Shown: positions 31,394 through 40,911, counted from the first letter of the stretch. The stretch: DNA of 45,413 bases from Candidatus Nanoarchaeia archaeon (GCA_035288805.1 DATDZG010000036.1:1-45413); one strand, 5' to 3'. Notes: generated from the letters alone by a model not told the origin. A program made the numbers and translations.

Positions 31394-32173
31394 TTATTTG
31401 CTCTTTTTCAACTCTTTTTCAAACTCATTCAGTTTCTTATCAAAAATCTCAAGGGCCTTTAAAAAAATCTCTTTAATCTCTAACTGCCCAAAGCTTTCCA
31501 TTGTAAAAATAAACTTATCTTTTTTTCCTCGAACCTCAACATTGTCATCATTATCCATGCACGCATTACAAAGAACGCATTTCTCAAGATGCTTCACTTT
31601 TAATTTCCCAGAATCAACTTCAAAAACTTTTGTAGGGCATACAGAAGCAACAGATTCAGGATTTTTCACAGCCCCAATTTTAATCTCAGGATAATGCTGG
31701 TAGTAAAACCATCCAGGAGAAAATTTCATATGTGTTTTTCCTTTTCCAAGAACAGCAACAGCATCTAATTTAAGCTTCTGATTTTTTTCAAGTTTAACCA
31801 AAACCATGTTGTCATAAACCGGTTTTACTTCAGGGTCTTTGCATTTCAAATCCCCAGAATAAACAGTGCAGGGTCCAGCAGCTTCCAAAGTAAAATCAAC
31901 CTGGCATAAAGCACATCCTTCTCCCTTGCATTTGCATTCATCTTTTAAATTGTAAGATTTCAAATCTGTTTTCAAAGGAACCAAACCAATTCTGTGAGCA
32001 AGAAACTCATCGTACAAAGCAGAGCCATTTTTATGAAATTCAACTTCAGCTATAGCCATAGTAGGAACCTCAGCAATCATCAATCTCCTTAGAGTATTTG
32101 CCATAACATAATCAATACCCTCAAGAGAAATTTGCAGTTTATTTTCAGATTGAGCCAGAATCTTAGTTTCCAT
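31394..32173 (-). CDS. rpoD: DNA-directed RNA polymerase subunit D (Rpo3) with Fe-S cluster domain
   Basis: It has VMANTLRRLMIAEVPTMAI and LAHRIGLVPL, plus the cysteine clusters CKCKGEGCALCQ and CPTKVF...CVLCNAC. The start is set at METKIL, with an alternative at 32194. Confidence 0.9.
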   Translation of the reverse strand: METKILAQSENKLQISLEGIDYVMANTLRRLMIAEVPTMAIAEVEFHKNGSALYDEFLAHRIGLVPLKTDLKSYNLKDECKCKGEGCALCQVDFTLEAAGPCTVYSGDLKCKDPEVKPVYDNMVLVKLEKNQKLKLDAVAVLGKGKTHMKFSPGWFYYQHYPEIKIGAVKNPESVASVCPTKVFEVDSGKLKVKHLEKCVLCNACMDNDDNVEVRGKKDKFIFTMESFGQLEIKEIFLKALEIFDKKLNEFEKELKKSK

Positions 32174-32199
32174 TGATAGAAAACTGAAAAACACACTTT

Positions 32200-32433
32200 T
32201 TAAGCTTTGTGTTTATTACGAGGAATTAAAACTTCTTCTAAAATCTTCTTATAGACAAGATATTCCTTGCCAAGCATCTGAATTCCTCCAAGCACCGCAT
32301 CAGCACCGAGATAAAAACAATCAGCTTTATTAGAAATATTTCCCCCGCCACCCCCATTCTCAGCAGGATGTTGTACGCGTAAGATAATCTCCCCTCTCTC
32401 AATCCCCAGTCCAGATAAATCTTTAACAATCAT
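32200..32433 (-). CDS. Short ORF resembling the C-terminal phosphate-binding segment of a TIM-barrel enzyme (possible remnant)
   Basis: 77 aa. NGGGGGNISNKADCFYLGADAVLGG resembles the GGG(I/V)...aGAD.vvvG C-terminal strands of GGGP-synthase/ThiE/RPE-type barrels. It is far too short to be a full barrel. Confidence 0.3.
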   Translation of the reverse strand: MIVKDLSGLGIERGEIILRVQHPAENGGGGGNISNKADCFYLGADAVLGGIQMLGKEYLVYKKILEEVLIPRNKHKA

Positions 32434-32480
32434 AATCTTATTGAGAGCAAAAAATTAATAAAACTAACGAAAACAAAAAG

Positions 32481-32489
32481 ATTTAAATA
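32481..32489 (+). promoter_or_regulatory. Archaeal TATA-like box of the aEF-2 gene
   Basis: ATTTAAATACCCTC. The box ends 25 nt before the ATG at 32514. Confidence 0.55.
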
Positions 32490-32513
32490 CCCTCTTCGAA
32501 AATTTCTAAAGCA

Positions 32514-34703
32514 ATGGCAGAAGAGCATTTAGTAAAAAAGATTCGTGAATTAATGAACGACCCGAAACACATCAGAAATATTGGTGTAGCCGCCCATATC
32601 GACCATGGAAAAACCACATTCTCAGACAACTTATTGCTTGGCGCAGGAATGGTCTCTGAAGAATTAGCAGGAAAACAATTAGTTCTGGATTTTCATGACG
32701 ATGAAAAAGAGCGTGGAATCACAATCGATTCTGCAAATGTTTCCATGATTCACAACATGGAAGGCCAGGATTTCTTAATCAACTTAATCGACACTCCAGG
32801 ACATGTTGATTTTGGGGGAGATGTAACCAGAGCAATGAGAGCTGTTGACGGTGCAATTGTAGTTGTCTGTGCAGTCGAAGGAATAATGCCTCAAACAGAA
32901 ACAGTTCTAAGACAAGCTCTAAGAGAAAGAGTCAAACCTGTTTTATTCATCAACAAAGTTGACAGATTAATCAAAGAAGTAAAATTAACTCCTGAAGTCA
33001 TGCAGGAACGATTTATTAAAATCATCAACGATGTTAACAAATTAATCAGGCAAATAGCCCCGGAAGAATTCAAAGAAAAGTGGCAGGTAAATGTTTTAGC
33101 TGGAAGTGTATCTTTTGGTTCAGCATTCCACAAATGGGCATTGTCATTTCCTTATATGAAAAAACATAATCTAACATTTAAAGATGTGATTAATGCATAT
33201 GAAAAAGATGATTATAATTCATTATCAAAAAAAGCCCCCCTACATCAAGTAATCTTAAACATGGTTATCCAGCACCATCCAAATCCAGTAGAAGCTCAAG
33301 TATACAGAATCCCGCAAATTTGGAGAGGAGATATTGATAGTGAAGAAGGAAAATCTATTTTATCTTGCAATCCAAATGGCATTGTCGCATTCGTTGTAAC
33401 AAAAATTGTTGTCGATAAGCACGCAGGAGAGATTGCAGCAGGACGTTTATTTTCAGGGACAATAAGACAAGGTCAGGAAGTTTACATGAACATGGCTAAG
33501 CGAGCTGTCAGAGTTCAGCAAGTTAATATTTACAAAGGCCCAACAAGGTTGCAGGTTGATTCAGCTGTAGCAGGTAATATTGTAGGGATAGTAGGATTAA
33601 AAGATGCATACGCAGGAGAAACAGTATCATCAACACCCATCGAACCTTTTGAAGCCATTAAACATATTTTCGAGCCAGTTGTTACAAAAAGCATTGAAGC
33701 TAAAAAAGCTTCAGATTTAACAAGATTGGTTGAAGTTTTAAAACAGGTAAGCAAAGAAGACCCCTCTGTTTTCATTAAAATCAACCAGGAAACAGGAGAG
33801 AACTTAATCTCAGGAATGGGCGAACTTCATTTAGAGGTTATTGAAAACAGAATCAAAAAAGAAAAAGGGTTAGACGTTGTCACTTCCCCCCCTATTGTTG
33901 TCTACAGAGAAGCAATTGAAAAGAAAGGAATCGAATTTGAAGGAAAATCTCCTAATAAACACAATAAGTTCTACATGATTGCAGAGCCTTTGGAAGAAGA
34001 AGTTTATCAAGCAATCAAATCAGGAGAAATCCCAGAATGTAGAATAAAAAAGAATGATAAAGACATCTATCCAAAATTCATCAAAGCAGGTTATGAAACG
34101 AAATTAGCAAGAAGCATCAAAGAAGTGTTTAATGGATGTATATTAATTGATGGAACACGTGGTGTAGTGCATATTGGCGAAGTTATAGAGTTAATTATGG
34201 ACGGTTTTGACCAAGTCATAAGAGAAGGTCCCTTAGCAAAAGAGCCATGTATGAAATTAAAGGTTACGATTAAAGACTTGAAACTGCACGAGGATGCTAT
34301 CCATAGAGGTCCTGCACAAGTTCTTCCAGCAGTAAGAGAATCTGTAAGAGGAAGCATGAACTCTGCAGGCGCCGTTATTTTCGAGCCAATGCAAATTTTA
34401 CAAGTTGAATGTCCTGCAGAATACATGGGAGAGATTTCCAGGTTAACAGGAAATAAGCGAGGCCAATTGCTTGAAGTAAATCAGGAAGGCGAACACATGA
34501 CAATCAAATGCAAATTACCAGTTTCAGAAATGTTTGGTTTGTCAAATGATTTACGTTCAGCTACCGGAGGAAGAGGCCATTTCTTCGTTGTAGACCAGGT
34601 CTTCGAGAGACTCCCACATGAACTCCAGGCAAAGACTATCTACAAAATCAGAGAAAGAAAAGGCTTGAAACAGGAAGACTTTGTAGAAAAAGAAGAAGCT
34701 TAA
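32514..34703 (+). CDS. fusA: Translation elongation factor aEF-2
   Basis: 729 aa with AAHIDHGKTT, DTPGHVDF and NKVD. The diphthamide-site context is HEDAIHRGPAQV (His codon 34302-34304). Confidence 0.97.
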   Translation: MAEEHLVKKIRELMNDPKHIRNIGVAAHIDHGKTTFSDNLLLGAGMVSEELAGKQLVLDFHDDEKERGITIDSANVSMIHNMEGQDFLINLIDTPGHVDFGGDVTRAMRAVDGAIVVVCAVEGIMPQTETVLRQALRERVKPVLFINKVDRLIKEVKLTPEVMQERFIKIINDVNKLIRQIAPEEFKEKWQVNVLAGSVSFGSAFHKWALSFPYMKKHNLTFKDVINAYEKDDYNSLSKKAPLHQVILNMVIQHHPNPVEAQVYRIPQIWRGDIDSEEGKSILSCNPNGIVAFVVTKIVVDKHAGEIAAGRLFSGTIRQGQEVYMNMAKRAVRVQQVNIYKGPTRLQVDSAVAGNIVGIVGLKDAYAGETVSSTPIEPFEAIKHIFEPVVTKSIEAKKASDLTRLVEVLKQVSKEDPSVFIKINQETGENLISGMGELHLEVIENRIKKEKGLDVVTSPPIVVYREAIEKKGIEFEGKSPNKHNKFYMIAEPLEEEVYQAIKSGEIPECRIKKNDKDIYPKFIKAGYETKLARSIKEVFNGCILIDGTRGVVHIGEVIELIMDGFDQVIREGPLAKEPCMKLKVTIKDLKLHEDAIHRGPAQVLPAVRESVRGSMNSAGAVIFEPMQILQVECPAEYMGEISRLTGNKRGQLLEVNQEGEHMTIKCKLPVSEMFGLSNDLRSATGGRGHFFVVDQVFERLPHELQAKTIYKIRERKGLKQEDFVEKEEA

Positions 34704-34747
34704 ATCTTAAGAGATAGCTTTAAATGTTTTTCTAACATCTCATCACT

Positions 34748-35089
34748 ATGACAGACTTAACTAATTTAACTATTGTTGTTGATACAAGTAATGCACAAAG
34801 ATTGCCCCTTGAAGAACATCAAAGAATCTCTCTGTATGCTGCAAGATTAATCGCTCATTTTCCAATAGGGGAAAGATGTGTTGATGAAAAAAGATGTAGT
34901 TACGTTGAAATAACACCCTACTCAAATGAGCAAGGAATTATTCGAAGATGCAGTATAACATGTTATAAGGACGAAACAAAAGCAGCTATTCTAGGAAGAG
35001 CAGATCTTCCGAGAGAGGATCTTGATGGTCTAAGCAGGAAAGTATTAACTCCAGGAATTCCTGGAAGAGAGCACATTCTTTCTCAATAA
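34748..35089 (+). CDS. Hypothetical protein
   Basis: 113-aa ORF with a CTTTAAATG box about 24 nt upstream. It has several Cys (CVDEKRC, RRCSITC). No recognised motif. Confidence 0.4.
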   Translation: MTDLTNLTIVVDTSNAQRLPLEEHQRISLYAARLIAHFPIGERCVDEKRCSYVEITPYSNEQGIIRRCSITCYKDETKAAILGRADLPREDLDGLSRKVLTPGIPGREHILSQ

Positions 35090-35091
35090 AC

Positions 35092-35436
35092 CTATAATAA
35101 CTTCAATTCCCCAGTTAAAATATCTAATTTCTCTTCACCATCAGGCCCAATTGCCAAACAAGTTGTTGTAGAAGTATCAAAATAAGTTTTTCCAGCATCT
35201 GTAATCAAAGCAGTTGTAAATCCTTTGTCTTTTGCCCATTGATTATACATCAATAACTCTTTCTTATCCTTAACCTTCAAAAGAATTTTCTTCATTCCTT
35301 GTTTTCTCCATTCCTGAAGTACAGGAACATCACTTCGTAAAGCAGCCTCAACAGAGGCGTGGCATGTCTGAACCGCCATCTTCCCGCGGGGCATCTTCAA
35401 ATCCTGCCTTATAAGAATAACTTGTTTGAGTTCCAT
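35092..35436 (-). CDS. pth: Peptidyl-tRNA hydrolase, archaeal type (Pth2)
   Basis: 114 aa with KQVILIRQDLKMPRGKMAVQTCHASVEA...AIGP. Confidence 0.88.
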   Translation of the reverse strand: MELKQVILIRQDLKMPRGKMAVQTCHASVEAALRSDVPVLQEWRKQGMKKILLKVKDKKELLMYNQWAKDKGFTTALITDAGKTYFDTSTTTCLAIGPDGEEKLDILTGELKLL

Positions 35437-35483
35437 AAGAATGAGTAAGTTAAAGACTTTTTAATAATTTCTCTTTAAGTGTT

Positions 35484-35614
35484 CTTTTGGGAATACAAAA
35501 CATTATGCTTTTCTTTGTGGATACAAAGTTTTTTTTAAATTCTTTCTTTATTTCCCGAGGGTTTTTCGTTTTGCTTTTTCTTTCCCAGGGGTTTCTTTTT
35601 ACAAAAAGAAAGGC
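35484..35614 (+). repeat. Composite repeat block (two degenerate GGGAATACAAAAC-type heads plus two T-rich/CCCGAGGG modules plus hairpin)
   Basis: CTTTTGGGAATACAAAAC, CTTTGTGGATACAAAG, TTTCTTTATTTCCCGAGGGTTTTTCG and TTTTTCTTTCCCAGGGGTTTCTTTTTACAAAAAGAAAGGCC. It ends at the helicase stop codon. Confidence 0.6.
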
Positions 35615-37003
35615 CTACATGTTGTATTGGCTTCTTCCAAAACCTCTTCCTTTAGAATCCTGATGCTCTCTTCTTCCTTCTCTTCCAGGGCTAAAGCTTC
35701 TTCTTCCATCACTATACTCTCTCTTCTCTCCAGAGTGTTCTCTTCTCCCATCAGAATCTCTCCTGCCCTGGAATCCACCACGAGAACCTCCAGAGTGTCC
35801 TCCTCGGAACCCAGAAGAACCTCTCCCTCTAAACCCAGAACCCTCCCTAAAATTTCCTCGAGAAAACTCTCTTCTCTGCTTCTGCAAATAAGGATATCTT
35901 TGAAACTCAGGAACATCAATTCTTGGAATATCCAAACTTCTATCTCTTAAAACGTTTCTAAAATTATCATGGTCTTTATTTGAAAGGAAAGTTATAGCCT
36001 CTCCAGATTCTCCCGCTCTTGCCGTTCTCCCAATCCTATGCACATAATCTTCAGAAGTTTTAGGAACATCATAATTGTAAACATAAACAACATTCTTAAT
36101 ATCCAATCCTCGGGCAGCAACATCAGTAGCAACGAGAACTTGAATATGCTGTTTCTTCAGAGAATCCAGGGCAAAATCTCTTCTATTCTGGCTTAAACCG
36201 CCGTGAATAGCCATCGCATTAACCCCATTTTTCTGCAAGTTATAGGACAAAGAATCAACTTGATGTCTTGTAGCACAAAAAACCAAAGATAAGCCTTTAT
36301 TATGTTTATTCAAAAAATGAACCATCAAAGAAAATCTTTCATATTCTTTAACCTCATAATAACTCTGTTTCAACAAGCTTTTGTCAACACTAGTTTTTGT
36401 TTTCAGCATAACAGGATTATGCAAATATCTATGGATAATGCCTTTGACATTTTCAGGGATAGTAGCGCTAAACAACAATGTTTGCCTTTGTTTGGGCAAT
36501 TGATTTATAATGCTTTCAACATCTTCAACAAAGCCCATCTCACACATCTTATCAACCTCATCTAAAACAAGAAATTTTATATGTTTTGTATTAAAAGAGC
36601 CTCTTTTCAAATGGTCCATAAGTCTTCCAGGTGTTGCAACAATAACTTCAGCTCTTCTAAACTCGTTAAATTGAGGATTAATCCCAACCCCTCCATAAAC
36701 AGCACCAACATGCAATCCAATTCCTCTTCCAAATAATTCAAAAGCGTCTTTAACCTGAACACATAGCTCTCTTGTAGGGGTTAAAACCAGTACTTGTACA
36801 CCCTTTCCCTTAACTATCTTATCAAGAATAGGTAAGTTAAACGCAATAGTCTTTCCAGAACCAGTTTCAGATTGTCCAACAACATCTTTTCCTTTATGTA
36901 TCTCAGGAATAACTTTTTCTTGGATAGAAGTTGCATCAGTAAATCCATGTTTATGGAGTTGTTCTAGTAAGCTTGGTTTCAAGCCGAATTCTTCAAATTT
37001 CAT
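35615..37003 (-). CDS. DEAD-box ATP-dependent RNA helicase with RG/RGG-rich C-terminal tail
   Basis: Motifs: Q-motif/GFTDATSIQ, SETGSGKT, PTRELC, DEVD (in LVLDEVDKM), SAT, HRIGRTARAG. The last ~90 aa are RG/RGG repeats. Confidence 0.92.
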   Translation of the reverse strand: MKFEEFGLKPSLLEQLHKHGFTDATSIQEKVIPEIHKGKDVVGQSETGSGKTIAFNLPILDKIVKGKGVQVLVLTPTRELCVQVKDAFELFGRGIGLHVGAVYGGVGINPQFNEFRRAEVIVATPGRLMDHLKRGSFNTKHIKFLVLDEVDKMCEMGFVEDVESIINQLPKQRQTLLFSATIPENVKGIIHRYLHNPVMLKTKTSVDKSLLKQSYYEVKEYERFSLMVHFLNKHNKGLSLVFCATRHQVDSLSYNLQKNGVNAMAIHGGLSQNRRDFALDSLKKQHIQVLVATDVAARGLDIKNVVYVYNYDVPKTSEDYVHRIGRTARAGESGEAITFLSNKDHDNFRNVLRDRSLDIPRIDVPEFQRYPYLQKQRREFSRGNFREGSGFRGRGSSGFRGGHSGGSRGGFQGRRDSDGRREHSGEKREYSDGRRSFSPGREGRREHQDSKGRGFGRSQYNM

Positions 37004-37110
37004 CTTTGTTCACTTTATTTAAACACTTTTAGAAGCAGTAATGCTTTCTTTAATGCTTTTAATAATCCTTGTTTTACCATTTAAAAAGCTATTGGTTTTC
37101 CAAAAAATAG

Positions 37111-37119
37111 TTTTAAATA
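37111..37119 (+). promoter_or_regulatory. Archaeal TATA-like box
   Basis: TTTTAAATATCCCCC. The box ends 22 nt before the ATG at 37141. Confidence 0.5.
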
Positions 37120-37140
37120 TCCCCCAATAATCCCAATACA

Positions 37141-37704
37141 ATGGAAATTAAAAAGATTATAGTATTCTCAAGAGAGGACTTCAGAAACTGGTTGCAAAAG
37201 CATCATAAAACAGAAACCAAAGTCCAAATCATTATCCATAAAAAACACACAGGCAAACCTTCTCCAAGCCATAGGGAGCAAATAGAGGAAGCTCTTTGTT
37301 TTGGCTGGATTGACACCACATTAAAAAGACTTGACCAAAATACTTACATGAGGAATTTCTCTAAAAGAAATCAAAACAGCAGATGGAGTTCCAACACGTT
37401 ATCCTATGCAAGGCAATTAATCAAACAAGGAAAAATGACAGAAGAAGGATTAAAATATTATAAACTAGGATTACAAAAACTCCCTCATGACCACGATATT
37501 CCAAAGAATCCAGATATTCCAGAATCATTAAAAAAAGCTCTTGAAAAAAACAAACAAGCAAAAGAAAATTTCAACAAGTACCCGCCATCAACAAAAAGAA
37601 TGCTCTATCGTTGGTTTCTTCATGTAAAACTCCCAGAAACTCAAAAGAAAAGAATCTCATCAATTATAAAAAATGCTGAAGAAGGAAAAAAAGAAATCTG
37701 GTGA
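37141..37704 (+). CDS. YdeI/OmpD-associated family protein
   Basis: 187 aa. FRNWLQKHH, ALCFGWIDT and PPSTKRMLYRWF are typical blocks of the YdeI family. Confidence 0.6.
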   Translation: MEIKKIIVFSREDFRNWLQKHHKTETKVQIIIHKKHTGKPSPSHREQIEEALCFGWIDTTLKRLDQNTYMRNFSKRNQNSRWSSNTLSYARQLIKQGKMTEEGLKYYKLGLQKLPHDHDIPKNPDIPESLKKALEKNKQAKENFNKYPPSTKRMLYRWFLHVKLPETQKKRISSIIKNAEEGKKEIW

Positions 37705-37799
37705 AATCTATCGCTTGCTTCTTAATAATCAGTCATAGGAACCTTTAAATACAACTATTAACAAAGAGTTAATAACTATTAACTAAAAGGAAACAGCAA

Positions 37800-38402
37800 A
37801 TGGATAAAAATAAAAAGAACACAGAGATTTTGAAAATAATACTAAAGCAGTTCACGATAAAATGGACAATTACATCTTTGGCTAAAGAAATAAAAATGAG
37901 CAGGGTTGGTATCTGGAAGGCTTTAAAAAAATTGGAGGCAGAAAACTTAATTCTTTTATCTCCTGTCGGCGGGGGTGAAACAAGCACGTTTAACATACTC
38001 TTAAATTGGGAAAACCAGATTTTAGAGAAAAGATTATCATTAATTTTGACAGAAGATGCTTTAAAAAATCAAAGATGGTTGAATAATTTTAAAGAACTTG
38101 AAAATAAATTAGATTTTCTAATTTTATATGGAAGTATGATGCACTCTCCAAGAGAAGCTAACGATGTAGATGTTCTTGGAGTAGTATCAAATAAGAATAA
38201 ATTTAAGGAAATTGAAGAAGCCGTACAAAAAATACAAAAAATCCAAAGTAAAAAGGTTCATTCAGAAAATTTTACACGAACTGAATTTAAAGAAGAATTA
38301 AAAAAGAAAAATAAGATATTTATTGACGCGATAAAAAAAGGAGTTGTAATCTTTGGGCAGGAAAAGTTTATTAGATTTATAAAAGAGGTATATGTAAAAT
38401 GA
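37800..38402 (+). CDS. wHTH plus minimal nucleotidyltransferase (MNT) antitoxin-like protein
   Basis: It has an N-terminal wHTH. The NTase motif is ILYGSMMHSPREANDVDVLGVV (GS...DxD). Confidence 0.65.
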   Translation: MDKNKKNTEILKIILKQFTIKWTITSLAKEIKMSRVGIWKALKKLEAENLILLSPVGGGETSTFNILLNWENQILEKRLSLILTEDALKNQRWLNNFKELENKLDFLILYGSMMHSPREANDVDVLGVVSNKNKFKEIEEAVQKIQKIQSKKVHSENFTRTEFKEELKKKNKIFIDAIKKGVVIFGQEKFIRFIKEVYVK

Positions 38403-38935
38403 ATGAGAAAGTAAGAGCCTGTTTTGTAAATGCTTTGAAAGACGAAAATGATGGCAAAAAACATAAGGGTTTGCTCATTACTAAACCTGACAATAAGACA
38501 GCAGAAGAGTATATCAGAAAAGCAAAGCTAAACCTTGAACTTTGTGATTTTTACAAGCAAAAAGGTTTTGATTACAAAATTCCAGAAGAATGGTTTTACA
38601 CTCTTTATTATTGTGCTTTAGCAATCTTATCTAAATTTGGAATCGAAAGCAGAAGCCAAAAATGCACAGCTGATTTCTTGAGATACGCAAAAGATAACAA
38701 TTTAATAGACTATGATAATGAATTTATCGATAGAATAATGGTATATAGGGAAAAAGAAGAAAAATCAGATGTAGACGAAAGAGAAAATGCGAGATACAGT
38801 TCTTCTATAACAAGCAAGGCTATCGAAAGCAAATACGAAAAGATGAATTCTATATGTAAAGAGGCAATTTCTCAGGCAGAAGAAATAGTGTTTTCTGATA
38901 AAGAGTTTAAAGTTCCAAAAGAGTTATACGCTTGA
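38399..38935 (+). CDS. HEPN-domain protein (partner of the MNT gene)
   Basis: It overlaps the MNT stop by 4 nt. It has AEEYIRKAKLNLELC... and helical HEPN-like repeats. The assignment is partly by context. Confidence 0.5.
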   Translation: MNEKVRACFVNALKDENDGKKHKGLLITKPDNKTAEEYIRKAKLNLELCDFYKQKGFDYKIPEEWFYTLYYCALAILSKFGIESRSQKCTADFLRYAKDNNLIDYDNEFIDRIMVYREKEEKSDVDERENARYSSSITSKAIESKYEKMNSICKEAISQAEEIVFSDKEFKVPKELYA

Positions 38936-38984
38936 GTTGAAAAGAAAGAAGTCTGGTGAACCTAAAGTCTCGGTGTAAAGACCA

Positions 38985-39365
38985 TTAAGATTGTGCAGCA
39001 AAAATAGCATCCATATCTTCTCCATGCATTTCCATAATGTTTATGCGAGTATATAAAAAAGATACAGCATGAAACGGAACGATTTTGCGGTTTAAGATGG
39101 AGTAAGAAACTTCATCCCAATATTGTAATGCTTCTTTAAAATTTTTAAAAAATGTATCTGTTCCGGGTGCAAGATTTTCAGCCATCCCAGTAACCCTTCC
39201 AAAAGATTCTCTATATCTCATAAACTCAGGAGAATTAAAAGCAGCACTAAGTGTTTGATAGGCAGCACTAACTCGATAATATTCAGCATCTCTTCCATCA
39301 ACCATCACAGCTAATAACCCAGATAGAGATTTGCTAACTCTTTGAATGGGTGTTGGATTACTCAT
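38985..39365 (-). CDS. Hypothetical helical protein downstream of the macro-domain gene
   Basis: 126-aa ORF. No recognised motif. Confidence 0.4.
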   Translation of the reverse strand: MSNPTPIQRVSKSLSGLLAVMVDGRDAEYYRVSAAYQTLSAAFNSPEFMRYRESFGRVTGMAENLAPGTDTFFKNFKEALQYWDEVSYSILNRKIVPFHAVSFLYTRINIMEMHGEDMDAIFAAQS

Positions 39366-39440
39366 CTTTTAAAATAAGAAAGAAAGATTTATAAGCCTAT
39401 CTTTGAGATTTCATCAGCCACCATCCACCAATCAAAATCA

Positions 39441-40106
39441 TCACAATACTATATCAACGGTTCTTTCTGCGAACTGATAGGCTCTTGGACCATAAAGAAT
39501 TAAACTTACTCTCTGTAAAGAGGTTTGTCCAAGTAAATGGTCTCGAATAGGCTGAACCATGTTTCCAATCGCAACCTCTAAAGGTACACCATAAAGACCA
39601 GTTCCAAATGCTGGAAAGCCCACAGAATCAAAACCGTGTTCATTCGCTAATTTTAAACCTGATTTTACAGACTCTTTAATAGCCACATCATCGATATAAC
39701 TTCCATCTCCGAGTATCACAAGTTCATTTGCATTTACAGGTATTCTGTGCCCAAAAAAATCTTTAGAAACAAGATGGATTAAGGATATTTCCCTTAAGTT
39801 CCCTCCAGAGGTAACAACCCCTTGAAAAGGCTGAACACATCCATCATAACCCATTCCAGAAAATTTCACATATCCATTTTTTTGTGCTATCTCTTTACCT
39901 TTCATAATCGCTTCTTCAAAAGGCTGCTCACCTGCCGCTCTCACGAGAGCACCGAGAACGCCTTGGAGACCACCATCATATGTAAAATCAATATTTGCAG
40001 GCACTACAATCGATTCGCCATCATATGTAGTAATATTCCCCCAGACTAATTCTAGAACCCTATCATTAAAATTATATTTTTTCCTCATTTCTTTTTTGGC
40101 AACCAT
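39441..40106 (-). CDS. Macro-domain protein (MacroD-like)
   Basis: LELVWGNITTYDGESIVVPAN...GGLQGVLGAL and SVGFPAFGTGLYGVP correspond to the GDIT/NAAN...GGGV and the G-x-G-x-(Y/F)-G macro motifs. Confidence 0.65.
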   Translation of the reverse strand: MVAKKEMRKKYNFNDRVLELVWGNITTYDGESIVVPANIDFTYDGGLQGVLGALVRAAGEQPFEEAIMKGKEIAQKNGYVKFSGMGYDGCVQPFQGVVTSGGNLREISLIHLVSKDFFGHRIPVNANELVILGDGSYIDDVAIKESVKSGLKLANEHGFDSVGFPAFGTGLYGVPLEVAIGNMVQPIRDHLLGQTSLQRVSLILYGPRAYQFAERTVDIVL

Positions 40107-40128
40107 AGTGCAATGACAAACTGATAGT

Positions 40129-40911
40129 TTATAAATATTTACTTTGTACCAACTTTTTAGTGGGATTAAAACAATTTTTCATCAACAAATATCCCCCAAT
40201 CAAAATCATCGCAATACTAAACCACTGCCCTAAACTCAAACCAAGATAATGTAAATCCTCTCTAAAGAAATCAACAGCAAATCTTCCAATCCCTTCTAAT
40301 AAAAGATAAGAAAAGAACACAACCCCAGCTTTTTTCTTTATTTTGCTTATCCCTAAAAGACCAAAGAAAATAAAGAATCTATATCCAGCAGCATACAGTT
40401 GTTGGGGATGTCTGCACCCATCAACCAAAGGAAACACAACGCACCAGGAAACATTTGTCACAGTTCCAACAAGTTCTCCATTAATAAAATTCCCAATCCT
40501 TCCAAAAGCCAAAGCTAATGCAGCAGGAATCACAATCACATCAGCCAGTTCCAAGAAAGCAAGTTTCCTTTTCTTAGAAAACAACCAAACAGCAATAACC
40601 AGCCCAAATAAACCACCATGATAACTCATCCCGGAAATCCCTTTCCAAAAAGCAATAATTTCTATAAGATGATTATAATAATAACCAGGACTCCAAAACA
40701 AAACTTCAAATAACCTCGCCCCAATAATTGTTCCTATAATCATCCATGCAGTTAAGTCATAACAATCATCCTTGCTCAATCCAAGTTTCTCTCTTTTTCT
40801 AATCAATAAAAACAAAGCAAGTAAGAATCCAAATAAATAAGCTAAGCTGTAATAATAAATCTTAAAGCTCCCGAGAGAGAACAAAACAGGATTTAAATCG
40901 TGGATGTACAT
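40129..40911 (-). CDS. lgt: Prolipoprotein diacylglyceryl transferase (Lgt)
   Basis: 260 aa. GMSYHGGLFG, FGRIGNFINGELVG, RHPQQLY and DFFRED match the conserved Lgt blocks one for one. Confidence 0.88.
   Translation of the reverse strand: MYIHDLNPVLFSLGSFKIYYYSLAYLFGFLLALFLLIRKREKLGLSKDDCYDLTAWMIIGTIIGARLFEVLFWSPGYYYNHLIEIIAFWKGISGMSYHGGLFGLVIAVWLFSKKRKLAFLELADVIVIPAALALAFGRIGNFINGELVGTVTNVSWCVVFPLVDGCRHPQQLYAAGYRFFIFFGLLGISKIKKKAGVVFFSYLLLEGIGRFAVDFFREDLHYLGLSLGQWFSIAMILIGGYLLMKNCFNPTKKLVQSKYL

Noticed and set aside
1773-34426. Numerous 60-110-aa antisense ORFs inside sigma, PolX, PheRS, aEF-1alpha, aEF-2, helicase and other genes
   Set aside because: They are shadow ORFs on the opposite strand of well-supported conserved genes. 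Their peptides are low-complexity and they have no independent signals.
35599-35950. Alternative-frame ORFs over the helicase 3' end (35599-35919 minus, 35627-35950 plus)
   Set aside because: They are artefacts of the repetitive RG/RGG-coding region. The helicase frame is continuous with conserved motifs upstream.
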